Below are positions 17,700-27,451 of a DNA stretch of 64,000 bases, piece after piece (the stretch's first letter is position 1; each line of letters starts with the position of its first letter). The position numbers and the translations under genes were made by a program. Source of the stretch: Promethearchaeia archaeon (GTDB lineage Archaea > Asgardarchaeota > Lokiarchaeia > Sigyniarchaeales > SOKP01); contig JAZGEW010000055.1 in assembly GCA_036478875.1 (NCBI GenBank), positions 1,005 through 65,004 of the forward strand, written 5' to 3'. The notes beneath the pieces are model-generated. The model saw nothing but the letters and a program-made list of their open reading frames with translations. It had not been told where the DNA came from and ran no database searches.

Positions 17700-18557
17700 A
17701 TGTCTGAAAATAATTATAATTCTTGGATAAAAAAATTAGTTCCTCTAGGAATATTTATTGGTGTTATTTTATTAACAGCAGAAGTAGATTGGGCTGCAGA
17801 ACATTCAGAAGTAGGATTAGCTATACGACTTGTATGGCTAATTAGCTTATTAAGTTTAGGACTAATATTACCTATCGGATTTATGTATCTTGCAGGTAAT
17901 ATGAAAAGTGAAAGAGGAGAATCTGATAAAAAATGGTTCATAGTCGCAATAATTCTATTCTTGTTCGCCAATGGGATACCAATTGTCTTTTACGTCATTC
18001 TTGGAATTTCGCAAGGATTTTTCTTATATCTTCAATTAGTATTATTTGGATTAATTCCAGCCTTTTTTCTTCAACCAAAAAAATTTAATTATCGAATTCT
18101 GATATTACTTATTCTTTTTGCTGCAATCATAGCCCCTATAGGGTTTCTTGTTAATTCCACTATTGATGATCTGTGGTATGCGGGTGTGACTGATAAAACA
18201 ATGTATTATTTATCCTTCTGGGGTCTTTTAATGACATTTTTTTATCTCATTATTGCTATTGGTTGGAAATTAGGTGGTGGCTCTAAAAGACAAAGTTGGA
18301 ATATCTTTGTTGCTGGAACGCTTTTACAATATAGCACTCTTGAAGATTTCTTTTACTTCTTCTTAAATGGACAACCTCTACCCGGGACTTGGCCTTGGAT
18401 GAGCAACTTTGTAATTAATCTAGAAGTTTTATTTGGTCATATTCCTACAGATTTAGATCTATTAATTTTCTGCTTAATAATATCATCTATAGCCATCTTT
18501 ATTTTATTCGATGGACATGGTTATATCTGGAATAAACTTAAGCATAAATCCCTATAA
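17700..18557 (+). CDS. Multi-pass membrane protein, function unknown
   Basis: 285 aa with many hydrophobic segments. Confidence 0.5.
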   Translation: MSENNYNSWIKKLVPLGIFIGVILLTAEVDWAAEHSEVGLAIRLVWLISLLSLGLILPIGFMYLAGNMKSERGESDKKWFIVAIILFLFANGIPIVFYVILGISQGFFLYLQLVLFGLIPAFFLQPKKFNYRILILLILFAAIIAPIGFLVNSTIDDLWYAGVTDKTMYYLSFWGLLMTFFYLIIAIGWKLGGGSKRQSWNIFVAGTLLQYSTLEDFFYFFLNGQPLPGTWPWMSNFVINLEVLFGHIPTDLDLLIFCLIISSIAIFILFDGHGYIWNKLKHKSL

Positions 18558-18621
18558 ATTCCCCTATTTTTATTTTCTATTAATATCTTTAAGTAAAAAT
18601 TTTCAATTTCTATAAAAAAAT

Positions 18622-18671
18622 TCCGATCAATAATTTTATTAATAGAAGATTAACTCTAGAATATTGTAGAT
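18622..18671. repeat. Left copy of a perfect 50-bp direct repeat
   Basis: tccgatcaataattttattaatagaagattaactctagaatattgtagat is identical to 23433-23482. Identity breaks on both flanks. Confidence 0.95.
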
Positions 18672-19354
18672 AAACCGTATTTGAATACCATTTTAAGCGG
18701 TTTTCGCATATTTATTTTTATCTGATGACTAGAAAATAAATCAATAATAAAAACAGACAATATAACAACTGACAGAATTAAGATTGGAATTATAACTTCA
18801 AGTACAAATATCATCTTAAATATGGTCTGAGAAACGTTTGTAAATGTCTGAAAGAATTGAACAAACCCACTCCAATCAAAAATATTCTTTTGTGTCTCTG
18901 GACCTTTCTGAACATCTAATATCTTAAATTTGATCATTAAACAAGTATTATAATACTGATCTGTACCATTTCCATAAGTTAATGCTGTAGTGTTTGTGAT
19001 ATCGTCTATTCCATCGCGGTTCTCATCTATACACTTATCCAACCAGATCAGGTCGCTTTCATAATATACCTTTCTCCCTAACAGATTTTTATAAAGGCCT
19101 AAAATAAGACCTGTGGTATCATTTTCTGTTATAGGTACCATGGTAACCCATATGATAGTATCAAGGAGGGGATTTAATGTATCGTAATTTCTGGAGCGAT
19201 CTGATTCCCATACTGTATAATCAATCTTAACTGTGTCATACTTCTCTACAGTTTTCGGTTTACTATAAGTAAAAATTGTAGCACCAACAATAAATAAAAT
19301 TAGAACAACACATATCAAAACAATGATTTTTGTACGAGATCGATATTTTTTCAT
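18656..19354 (-). CDS. Membrane-anchored hypothetical protein (N- and C-terminal TM segments)
   Basis: 232 aa with N-terminal IIVLICVVLILFIVGATIF and C-terminal VLEVIIPILILSVVILSVFIIDLF. The last 5 codons and the stop lie inside the left 50-bp repeat. Confidence 0.5.
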   Translation of the reverse strand: MKKYRSRTKIIVLICVVLILFIVGATIFTYSKPKTVEKYDTVKIDYTVWESDRSRNYDTLNPLLDTIIWVTMVPITENDTTGLILGLYKNLLGRKVYYESDLIWLDKCIDENRDGIDDITNTTALTYGNGTDQYYNTCLMIKFKILDVQKGPETQKNIFDWSGFVQFFQTFTNVSQTIFKMIFVLEVIIPILILSVVILSVFIIDLFSSHQIKINMRKPLKMVFKYGLSTIF

Positions 19355-19419
19355 TTACCTTTTTTCAATCCTTAAGCATAAAATAAAATAAAATAAAATT
19401 AAAATAAAAAAATTGTTGA

Positions 19420-20595
19420 TTATTTTTTCATTATTTTTTTGAGTATAACAACCGATATTATGCTAATGAGTCCGAGTATGAGAAAAGTTTCATATCCTGG
19501 AATGGCTTGATCTCCATCTGGTGGTATAAGCATAATATTATGGGCAATATAATTATAGCGACAGGTCTCCAATGAGATCGGACTATTTAGGCTAGTCTGG
19601 GCAGTCCGAAGTTTAAAGGTATTAACGGAAAGTGCTCCAGACGTTTTAGGTCCAAATTCTAGGGTTTCATTCACAACAACCGTATTATTTAAAATGATGT
19701 TTCCTATGCAGTCTTCTTCTTTAATCCCAAAAACCTCAAACGAGCCGTAAGCGAGATCTCCCGCAAAAATGTTTCCCACAATCTGACAATAAGATATTTT
19801 GATACAATGCATTGGAGTCCCCCTATAATCTTTCCCCTTAAGTGTATTTTCCAAATAATTCCCTTTTATAATACTGTTCGTTACTGTAAATTGATATCCC
19901 CCGCCTACATATATTGCACTATAATGATTACGGATTTTATTGTTAATAATCGTTACATTCGACGCTTCACCTCCTACATGAATAGCTCGACTGAGTCCCG
20001 CTGTAGTATGGTCGCTTATCATAATATTATTCGATACTGTGTTGTTATATGATTGCGTTTCGATATTAACTCCCTTACGTGTATAGGTGAAAATATTATT
20101 ATCTATAGTTCCATTACCAGTCCAATGCAAGCACACCCCATTGTCATACCCATCCGCCCCAGAATAATTAAACCAGCAATTTCTTATGATGAAATACTTT
20201 TTCGAATGTCTGATGTAAATCATTCCACCTGAGCCCTGTCCGTTAATGTAGAGATTTTCAATGACATACGGATCAGAATATGTACCACTCCCGGTACACC
20301 ACTCATTTTCTGCTGCTGTTTTATCCCACGTATAGCTAGAGTTAGTCTCATCTATAAATATTCGAAATTCATAAATACCCCGCCCTTCGGATTGGTCAAA
20401 TGCAGGTTTTGTAAAATTAATATAATCGGATGTATTCCATGAGACAGCGCTACTTTCCAGATCGTATCCAAAATCCGAGTTTTTCTGTTCTTTATCAGGT
20501 GGAATCGGCGACCTCAAAATTGATGGTACTGAAAATATTGCTAATACCATTAAAACCACTAAAAAAAAGATAGTACCTTTATGCTTCACTTTCAC
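19420..20595 (-). CDS. Right-handed parallel beta-helix repeat surface protein with PGF-CTERM-like tail
   Basis: Has an N-terminal signal anchor. Repeated N-N-I/N-x-I rungs (DNNIFTYTRKGVNIE..SNNIMIS..IINNKIRN..IKGNYLEN) are typical of NosD/pectin-lyase-like PbH1 repeats. The C-terminus is IPGYETFLILGLISIISVVILKKIMKK. Confidence 0.7.
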   Translation of the reverse strand: MKVKHKGTIFFLVVLMVLAIFSVPSILRSPIPPDKEQKNSDFGYDLESSAVSWNTSDYINFTKPAFDQSEGRGIYEFRIFIDETNSSYTWDKTAAENEWCTGSGTYSDPYVIENLYINGQGSGGMIYIRHSKKYFIIRNCWFNYSGADGYDNGVCLHWTGNGTIDNNIFTYTRKGVNIETQSYNNTVSNNIMISDHTTAGLSRAIHVGGEASNVTIINNKIRNHYSAIYVGGGYQFTVTNSIIKGNYLENTLKGKDYRGTPMHCIKISYCQIVGNIFAGDLAYGSFEVFGIKEEDCIGNIILNNTVVVNETLEFGPKTSGALSVNTFKLRTAQTSLNSPISLETCRYNYIAHNIMLIPPDGDQAIPGYETFLILGLISIISVVILKKIMKK

Positions 20596-20817
20596 CTTCC
20601 AAACCCCTTCTTTTTGTTTTATGTTTATTGTTTATATTAATAATTTATTATGAGTGTTAAATATTTAAACATTGGTATGAATCGATATATTTTCATTAGT
20701 TTTCCCCCTCCTAAAATTTGATAGAGACCCAAAGTTTTATAGATTTTTTGTACATGAAAAAATCACATCCTGTGTTTTTTGGTCAAAATTGTAGAAATTT
20801 TTTTATCACAAATTGAC

Positions 20818-21153
20818 TTAAAGTTCAGATAAAAATTGTGAAAATTCTAAAATCGTCCTCTTGAATTTTTTTAAAAATGTCTCGAGAGCAGGTAGAGCAA
20901 CTACAGTGAATTGTGCCCCATTTTTATGTATTTCACTGTCAAAGTTTTTTATTACCAATCCCGCATCAACTGCTTTATCAATATAATTATATAATGTCGA
21001 TTTACAAATACCTGTCTCTTTTATGATTTCACTTACGATACACTCCCGATATTCATAAATTAATTTACATACATAACATATATTTCGATATCTTTTTAAT
21101 TCCTCAACTAAATTCCATTTATTTCCTTCTTTCTTATAATTTTCATTTTTCAT
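20818..21153 (-). CDS. Winged helix-turn-helix DNA-binding protein
   Basis: 111 aa. CIVSEIIKETGICKSTLYNYIDKAVDAGLVIKNF fits an HTH plus wing pattern. Confidence 0.6.
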   Translation of the reverse strand: MKNENYKKEGNKWNLVEELKRYRNICYVCKLIYEYRECIVSEIIKETGICKSTLYNYIDKAVDAGLVIKNFDSEIHKNGAQFTVVALPALETFLKKFKRTILEFSQFLSEL

Positions 21154-21276
21154 ATCATCACTTCTCGAGATCTGTTAAAAAATATATTTTATATGCAATT
21201 CATGCAAGTATATTTAAAGAAAAAAAATCTGGACTATATTTAAAGGAAAAATTTTGCCTTAATACTCAAACCAACC

Positions 21277-21315
21277 TTTTTTGTACAAAAAACTTGTCCA
21301 TACCTTTGGACAAGT
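21277..21315. promoter_or_regulatory. Two adjacent perfect palindromes in the divergent intergenic region
   Basis: T6-GTAC-A6 spans 21277-21292. A 9-bp inverted repeat ACTTGTCCA / TGGACAAGT (21292-21300 and 21307-21315) has a 6-nt spacer. Confidence 0.35.
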
Positions 21316-21571
21316 CTGAGAATCTATCAAAATTTTGAACACATAAAGTTTCTCTATTTTCTGCAATAGTGAAAAAATAAACATTTATAAATCCAATAAT
21401 AATATATATAACCAATCAAGAAAGATAACGTACCAGCGGTGTTTTTTATCAAATATCATCAGATGGTAGGAGTTGGTTTGTATTCCTTAAATTCAAGTTT
21501 TTTACTTTCATATCAGTGTTCTGGTATTTTTCTTTATAAGTATTGATCTAATATTAAAATAAAAATTAGGA

Positions 21572-21859
21572 ATGAGTTATAAAATGGCAATTGAAAATAA
21601 GTTTCCAAGTCATAACATCCCTCTCGTTTCAAATGATTTTAAGAATACCTATTTAGGAGCTATTCCTACAGATAGGATAATCGAATATAGCCTAGAGGAG
21701 TTTAAATCTGAAACGAAAGTATTCGCCGAAAGGCAAATCGCTTCTTATCAAAAGAAGATCGATAATTTACGTGCCCTTAATCATCCTGAAATGAAATCAG
21801 AGTATATTAAGCGAATCAATAGACTTATTTTAATAGAAAGAGGTGAGATTACCGAATGA
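21572..21859 (+). CDS. Hypothetical protein
   Basis: 95 aa with no recognised family. Its stop overlaps the next start (ATGA at 21856-21859), suggesting an operon. Confidence 0.4.
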   Translation: MSYKMAIENKFPSHNIPLVSNDFKNTYLGAIPTDRIIEYSLEEFKSETKVFAERQIASYQKKIDNLRALNHPEMKSEYIKRINRLILIERGEITE

Positions 21860-22416
21860 AGCGGTCATTAAAGTTGGGGCTTAGATTGGGTTTGTTTATC
21901 GTGCTTGTTTTGCTAGTGAATTTAAGTACATTTACTACAGGGGGATCTGTTTCAATATCGGATTTTGTAATATATAATCTATTTGCCATTTCTATATTTT
22001 GTTATATTTATATTATTGCGGTAATAGGCATCTTCTTAGTGTCTTCATTCAGATCATTATGGTTTCACTATAAGTTTAAAGGATCATCTAAATATCAGAG
22101 AGTACAAATTACAGCCACCCTTTCCGCTTCACTTGCAATATTTATAACTATTTTTATAGGTATTTTGATCTTTGTATATAATCTTTTACTCTTAGCTGTT
22201 AATGAATATGAACAATTTCTTGGTCTCACTCAAGACCAAGGTCTGTTGAGTGAATATAAGGAATTACATCAAGCTACTATTGATGCTTTTAATAGGGATA
22301 AGATCACATCTGACCTAGCTTTACAGGCTTTACGTAGTATAAGACGACAAGCTCTTCTCAATTTACAAGCTCATAAAGAGAGATATAGAATGTATTTTCT
22401 AGGAAATTATCCATAA
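21856..22416 (+). CDS. Hypothetical membrane protein
   Basis: 186 aa with about 4 hydrophobic segments followed by a polar helical tail. Confidence 0.5.
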   Translation: MKRSLKLGLRLGLFIVLVLLVNLSTFTTGGSVSISDFVIYNLFAISIFCYIYIIAVIGIFLVSSFRSLWFHYKFKGSSKYQRVQITATLSASLAIFITIFIGILIFVYNLLLLAVNEYEQFLGLTQDQGLLSEYKELHQATIDAFNRDKITSDLALQALRSIRRQALLNLQAHKERYRMYFLGNYP

Positions 22417-22452
22417 ATTTAAATATATATATATTCTTTTTTTTTAATAGAT

Positions 22453-23325
22453 ATGAAAGTCCTGCAGATTCTTAATCTTGTAACAGAAGCAGCAGAAGGA
22501 AAAGATAACATCAGAGAAGGTATTGTAGGTTCTAATTGTTACGGTTTTATTTTTAAGGATCTTGATACTAACTCTAAAGCACATTATATTATTTCTTTTT
22601 CTAGTCATAAATTTTGTGGTGCGGGGTCATGCCGTGAGACATTAAAGAATTTAAAGAGAGTTAGTAGTTTTGAGGAACTAAGAAGTCTAACTCGAGGTGA
22701 TGAATATGATGATTTGTTACTTGCTGGTTCTTTAAAAACTTTGGTCCCAACACTTCAATTTGGGGGTTATGAGCTTCTTTTTAAAACTTGGGTGTTTGTA
22801 AAGACTCCGAGAGGTCGAGTATTTCCTGCTACAATTTACTGGGGACAATCAGGGCTTTCTATAGGAGGATGGACCTCATATGATATAACTCCTCTTACAA
22901 AAGAAAGAGTTTTTCCAGAAGATCTTTTAGAAGTTATAAATTTTAGTCTTTTTGAGTTTAATGAAGACGAAAAAGGTTGTTTTCTCGATGCTCTTGAGTT
23001 TGCTCTTAAGAAAGTTCCCCCTTCAGATTTTTGGGGTGTATTGAATCACGATATAGGCAATTCTTATATGGGAATAAAGAAAGGAAAACCTTTTATTAAA
23101 GAGATAGGATATTGTGAAAGAGATTTGGAGACCGAGAAAGAAATTGAATCTTTATTAGGAAGAAAATTAAGAGATGCAGATGGAGAATTGTTTACCATTA
23201 GATTTCTGCCCGGTAGGAAAATCTACGTTATGGAATTTGAATATGATTATGAGACAGAAGATAAATTCTTCGGAAATGCTAAAGAAATATTAAGTTTATA
23301 CAAAGATTTAATAAAGTTACCATAA
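22453..23325 (+). CDS. Hypothetical protein
   Basis: 290 aa, soluble-looking, with no motif I recognise. Confidence 0.45.
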   Translation: MKVLQILNLVTEAAEGKDNIREGIVGSNCYGFIFKDLDTNSKAHYIISFSSHKFCGAGSCRETLKNLKRVSSFEELRSLTRGDEYDDLLLAGSLKTLVPTLQFGGYELLFKTWVFVKTPRGRVFPATIYWGQSGLSIGGWTSYDITPLTKERVFPEDLLEVINFSLFEFNEDEKGCFLDALEFALKKVPPSDFWGVLNHDIGNSYMGIKKGKPFIKEIGYCERDLETEKEIESLLGRKLRDADGELFTIRFLPGRKIYVMEFEYDYETEDKFFGNAKEILSLYKDLIKLP

Positions 23326-23432
23326 GACTCCTAACTGGAATTGAAAAGATTTCCGCAATAGATTATTGGTTATCATTTGAAATTTTTCTTATATATTTTT
23401 TTCTCGTTCTGCTATTTTTTTCAATTAAGGAC

Positions 23433-23482
23433 TCCGATCAATAATTTTATTAATAGAAGATTAACTCTAGAATATTGTAGAT
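23433..23482. repeat. Right copy of the perfect 50-bp direct repeat
   Basis: Identical to 18622-18671. Intergenic, 80 nt upstream of fae-hps. Confidence 0.95.
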
Positions 23483-23561
23483 GTTATCTCAAAAATACAT
23501 TATTATAAATAAAAAATATCTACAAATTAATCAATTAATCAAAAATTAGAATATTGTAATT

Positions 23562-24848
23562 ATGGCAAAAGCTGAATATTACATCGGAGAAGCCTTAATG
23601 GGAGAGTCTCCTAACCTAGCTCATATAGATTTAATAGTTGGTTCAAAAGATGGACCTGTAGGAATCTCTTTCGCAAATGCACTAAGCACGCCCTCAAAAG
23701 GCCACGGTGGATTGCTTGCGACTATTAGACCTAATCTTTTATCTAAACCCGTCTCTTTGATCGTTCCTAAAGTCACGATATCGGATATGGAAGATGCTAA
23801 CAAAATTTTTGGCCCTGCTCAGGCAGCAGTAGCAAAAGGTATTGCTGATGCCGTAGAAGAAGGTTTAATCCCTATGAATAAATTGGATGAATGGGTAATA
23901 ATTGCGAGTGTATTTATACATCCTGAAGCTACCGATTACCGAAAAATCTATCAATATAATTATGGTGCTACAAAATTAGCAATTCAGAGAGCTCTTAAGA
24001 GTTATCCTCCAATTGAAAAGATATTTTATGATAAAGACCGTGCTAAACACCCAGTTGCGGGTATACGAGTCCCCAGACTTTGGCGTCCCCCATATATACA
24101 AGTAGCATTAGATCACCCTGCCTTGGAAAAGCAAATTAAAGTAGTTAAGGAATTACCAAAGAGTGATCGTATCATACTAGAAGTTGGAACACCATTTCTC
24201 AAGAAATATGGTGTTGAATCAATTAAACAAATTCGCGAAGTTGCGAAAGAAAAATTTATTGTTGCTGATCTGAAGACTTTAGATGTTGGAAAATTAGAGG
24301 TTGATTTTGCTTTTGATGCAACTGCAGATGGAGTTGTAGCAAGTGGTTTAGCTGCTACTGCCTCACTCGATAAGTTTATTTTAGAAGCTCAACGACTCGG
24401 AATTCATGCATTTGTTGATACAATGGAAGTTCAAGATCCTATTGAGAAGCTAAGTTCCTTAAAACAAATACCAGATGTCGTGATAATTCATAGAGGAATT
24501 GATGTCGAACAATCTGCTGCAGGAGATAAATCCCCTGACGCTCAACAACGGCAGAGATGGGCATTAGCTCCAAAAATTAAAGAATTGTACGCAAGTAAAA
24601 AGAAAGCTTCAGGTAAGGATAGAGTACTGGTTGCTGTTGCTGGAGGTATTGAACCAAGTTCTGCAGCATATGCATTGGAGGCTGGAGCTGATATTTTAAT
24701 AGTAGGACGCTTTATCGCATCAGCTAAAGACGTTAGATTTGCTATGAGAAGAATACTAAGTGTTCTCCCAGGTTATCAAGACATCGATCTAAAGCGAATT
24801 CATACGGAAGACGATGATAACGAAGTAAAGAACGCTACATGGGATTGA
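23562..24848 (+). CDS. fae-hps: Bifunctional formaldehyde-activating enzyme / 3-hexulose-6-phosphate synthase (Fae-Hps)
   Basis: The N-terminus YIGEALMGESPNLAHIDLIVGSKDGPVG is Fae-like. The second half, YIQVALDH...ILEVGTPFLKKYG...VADLKTLD...GRFI, is Hps/OMPDC-like. This fusion is known in archaea for the reverse RuMP pentose route. Confidence 0.85.
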   Translation: MAKAEYYIGEALMGESPNLAHIDLIVGSKDGPVGISFANALSTPSKGHGGLLATIRPNLLSKPVSLIVPKVTISDMEDANKIFGPAQAAVAKGIADAVEEGLIPMNKLDEWVIIASVFIHPEATDYRKIYQYNYGATKLAIQRALKSYPPIEKIFYDKDRAKHPVAGIRVPRLWRPPYIQVALDHPALEKQIKVVKELPKSDRIILEVGTPFLKKYGVESIKQIREVAKEKFIVADLKTLDVGKLEVDFAFDATADGVVASGLAATASLDKFILEAQRLGIHAFVDTMEVQDPIEKLSSLKQIPDVVIIHRGIDVEQSAAGDKSPDAQQRQRWALAPKIKELYASKKKASGKDRVLVAVAGGIEPSSAAYALEAGADILIVGRFIASAKDVRFAMRRILSVLPGYQDIDLKRIHTEDDDNEVKNATWD

Positions 24849-24952
24849 GACATCCTAATTTACAAAAATATACTTAATTTTTTTTAGATCTCCATTTTAT
24901 CAAAAATAATCAATAAAATATTTTAAGAAAAAAAATAGGAAAAAAAAGGTAA

Positions 24953-25750
24953 TTATTTAATTTTTTTTGCTTCTTCAACCCAATCTTCAATTTCTTCTAA
25001 TCTAGGAGGTTTTCTAAATACATCAGGTTTCTTTTTATCTAATTCCATAATTCGATCTAACGTATTCTTAGGGTTTCGCTGGGCTAGCTCTTTAATACTA
25101 TCGACTCCGATTTGATTAAGAACATCTGCATATTCTGGTCCTACCCCCCCTATTCTCATCAAATCAGCATGTTCCGCCCATTTATCTATCAATTTCTCTG
25201 AAATCTTAGTAGTTGTTGATAAATTTTTAATCTTAACGGAATCAAATGATATGAAATCCTCAATGTTAGATAATCCTGCTTTTTCTAATGTTTTGGAGTA
25301 CTTGGGACCAATTCCCTCAATTTCTATAATAGGAGTTATTTTTGGACTTGTTTTAGCTTTCTTATCTTCGTATATTTCTTTTGCTTGCCCGATCCAACCA
25401 TCGATATCTTCTGCCTTAGGAATTTTACGAATTACATCGGGTTGCTTTTTGTCAAACTCAACTATTTTATCTAATGTCTTTTGCGGATTTCTGAAGGAGA
25501 GCTCTTTAATGGAATCAATTCCTACCTTATTTAAAACTTCAGAATATTCAGGACCAACACCCTTGAGTTCCATTATTTCTGCTTGATCTTGCCATTTTTC
25601 AAGTAATTTTACTGAAATCTTTGTTTTTCCTGCTAATTCTTTTATTTCTCGCCATGTAAGGGGTATTAAATTTTCTACTTCTGCAATCCCCTCTTTCTCT
25701 AAAATTTTGGCATATTTTTCGCCAATACCTTCAATTTCAATAATTTTCAT
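24953..25750 (-). CDS. Tandem-duplicated helix-hairpin-helix protein (DUF4332-like)
   Basis: Two ~130-aa halves share IEIEGIG.KY.K.LEK.G..., KGVGPEY..VLN..G..SIKEL and KK.PDV.RK.P. GIG/GVG HhH motifs recur. Confidence 0.5.
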   Translation of the reverse strand: MKIIEIEGIGEKYAKILEKEGIAEVENLIPLTWREIKELAGKTKISVKLLEKWQDQAEIMELKGVGPEYSEVLNKVGIDSIKELSFRNPQKTLDKIVEFDKKQPDVIRKIPKAEDIDGWIGQAKEIYEDKKAKTSPKITPIIEIEGIGPKYSKTLEKAGLSNIEDFISFDSVKIKNLSTTTKISEKLIDKWAEHADLMRIGGVGPEYADVLNQIGVDSIKELAQRNPKNTLDRIMELDKKKPDVFRKPPRLEEIEDWVEEAKKIK

Positions 25751-25921
25751 TTTATACGCCTTTTATTGTTTTAAATTTCGAATTTTAATGAGTATGTAAA
25801 AATATTATATGTTCTTTTTTAATATTTTAGTCAATGAAAAATAAATTTACACTTTGTATCTTTATTAACAAATGAATGATTTAGATAGACTGAGAAATGA
25901 TTGTTTCATTATTTTCAATTT

Positions 25922-27187
25922 CTATTGCCGTTGCAATTTGAATATTTTATCATTTTTTTTAACAGGGTTATCGACAATGATTCCAACCGCTATACGATTT
26001 TTTTTAGATGTAACTATTGGCGTTTCGGTTAAATTTTTCTTTTGCTTTATCTGAATAGAGCTAATTTCTTGTCTTAAATATGTATCTGTATGTGTACCAA
26101 TAATAAAAATCTCATCATTTAACTTTAGTTTCCCTGATGTTAAAAGAATTTTTGCTGCTTTTTTTTCAGGGAAGTAATTTAATACCTTTCCAATCTCAAT
26201 TTTTTTATGGTCTGAAATATTTCCATCAAATTCTCCTTGTATTTCACTGCCTTTTGGCAATCCAAAATAAAATCCCGTTGAGAACCCTCGATTGTATACT
26301 TTATTTAAACGATTTAACCAATTTTTAACCTTTTCTTGTGTGAAATTATTTTCATAATAAGCATCAATAGCTTCTTTGTAACATGAGGTTGTCTCCTCAA
26401 TATAGATTGGATCCCTCATTCGACCTTCAATTTTAAAAGCGTCTATATTTCCTTCAATTAATTTTGGGATATATTCAATCATACAGAGATCTTTTGCGTT
26501 TATAAAGAACACACCGTCGTATAGCAGCTCATTATTTTGGTCATCATAAACTCGCCATTTTCTTCTACATGGTTGAATACATTTCCCCCTATTTGCGGAG
26601 TAATCTTGAGATTGACAAATTTCAGCAGAGAAATAACATCGCCCAGAAATTGAAGTGCATTGCGCCCCATGAATGAAAGTTTCAATTTCAGCGATATTTA
26701 ATTTATTTTTAATTTCTTTAATTTGTTCTAATGATAATTCTCTCGCCAGTATTAATCTTTGTGCTCCTAATGATTCATAAAATAGTGCTGTTTGAGAATT
26801 AGAAATATTGGCTTGAGTAGAGATATGGAAATTTAATCCTTTTTCTTTTACAAAATGAATTGCACCAATATCATGAATGATTACAGCATCAATTTCTGCC
26901 TCTACAGCTTTATCTAATATTTGCTCTAAAAGGGGGACTTCATTTTCATAAATTACTACATTTGTGGTTAGATAAGTTTTAATATTATGATCATGGCACG
27001 TTTTTACAATATTATTTAGCTCTTCTAGTTTAAAATTATCGCTATACATTCTCATGTTAAAGGATTCAACACCAAAATATACAGCATCCGCCTTACCTAG
27101 TACAGCATTTAAGGATTTATAGTTTTTTAACGGAGCCATTAATTCTACTCTTTTTCTAAAGGTACCAGTCATTGTATTTATATTCAA
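25922..27187 (-). CDS. Peptidase U32 family protein
   Basis: ELMAPLKNYKSLNAVLGKADAVYFG and ETFIHGAQCTSISGRCYFS are U32 hallmarks. Confidence 0.85.
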   Translation of the reverse strand: MNINTMTGTFRKRVELMAPLKNYKSLNAVLGKADAVYFGVESFNMRMYSDNFKLEELNNIVKTCHDHNIKTYLTTNVVIYENEVPLLEQILDKAVEAEIDAVIIHDIGAIHFVKEKGLNFHISTQANISNSQTALFYESLGAQRLILARELSLEQIKEIKNKLNIAEIETFIHGAQCTSISGRCYFSAEICQSQDYSANRGKCIQPCRRKWRVYDDQNNELLYDGVFFINAKDLCMIEYIPKLIEGNIDAFKIEGRMRDPIYIEETTSCYKEAIDAYYENNFTQEKVKNWLNRLNKVYNRGFSTGFYFGLPKGSEIQGEFDGNISDHKKIEIGKVLNYFPEKKAAKILLTSGKLKLNDEIFIIGTHTDTYLRQEISSIQIKQKKNLTETPIVTSKKNRIAVGIIVDNPVKKNDKIFKLQRQ

Positions 27188-27451
27188 CTAAGTATTTGAT
27201 TCCAGATTTAACTAAATGTAAATAATTTCACATTATCTAAATATCTACCCTGAACATTTAGAGTTTCAGTAAAATTTTTCTTTCCTTTATTTTAAATACA
27301 GATATTTTCTTGTTCCAATAAATTCTTTTGTTATTCTAATATTTATTTACTTCATTTAGATTAATGGTTGATTTAATAATTACGTAGTATTAAATACTAA
27401 ATCGTACAAATAATAGTATAATCTATATGTAATTTCATTTTCTATACAAAA

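Larger units (their letters stand above)
18622..23482. mobile_element. Candidate integrated element or gene island bounded by 50-bp direct repeats (no recombinase seen)
   Basis: Perfect 50-mers lie 4811 bp apart. The interior has two divergent gene arms around a 420-bp palindrome-containing spacer. Three of the six ORFs have no recognisable family. Confidence 0.35.

Noticed and set aside
18622-23482. SSV-type provirus with an integrase gene split across the att sites
   Set aside because: The ORF touching the left repeat (18656-19354) is a double-TM protein with no integrase-like motifs. No ORF fragment abuts the right repeat on either strand.
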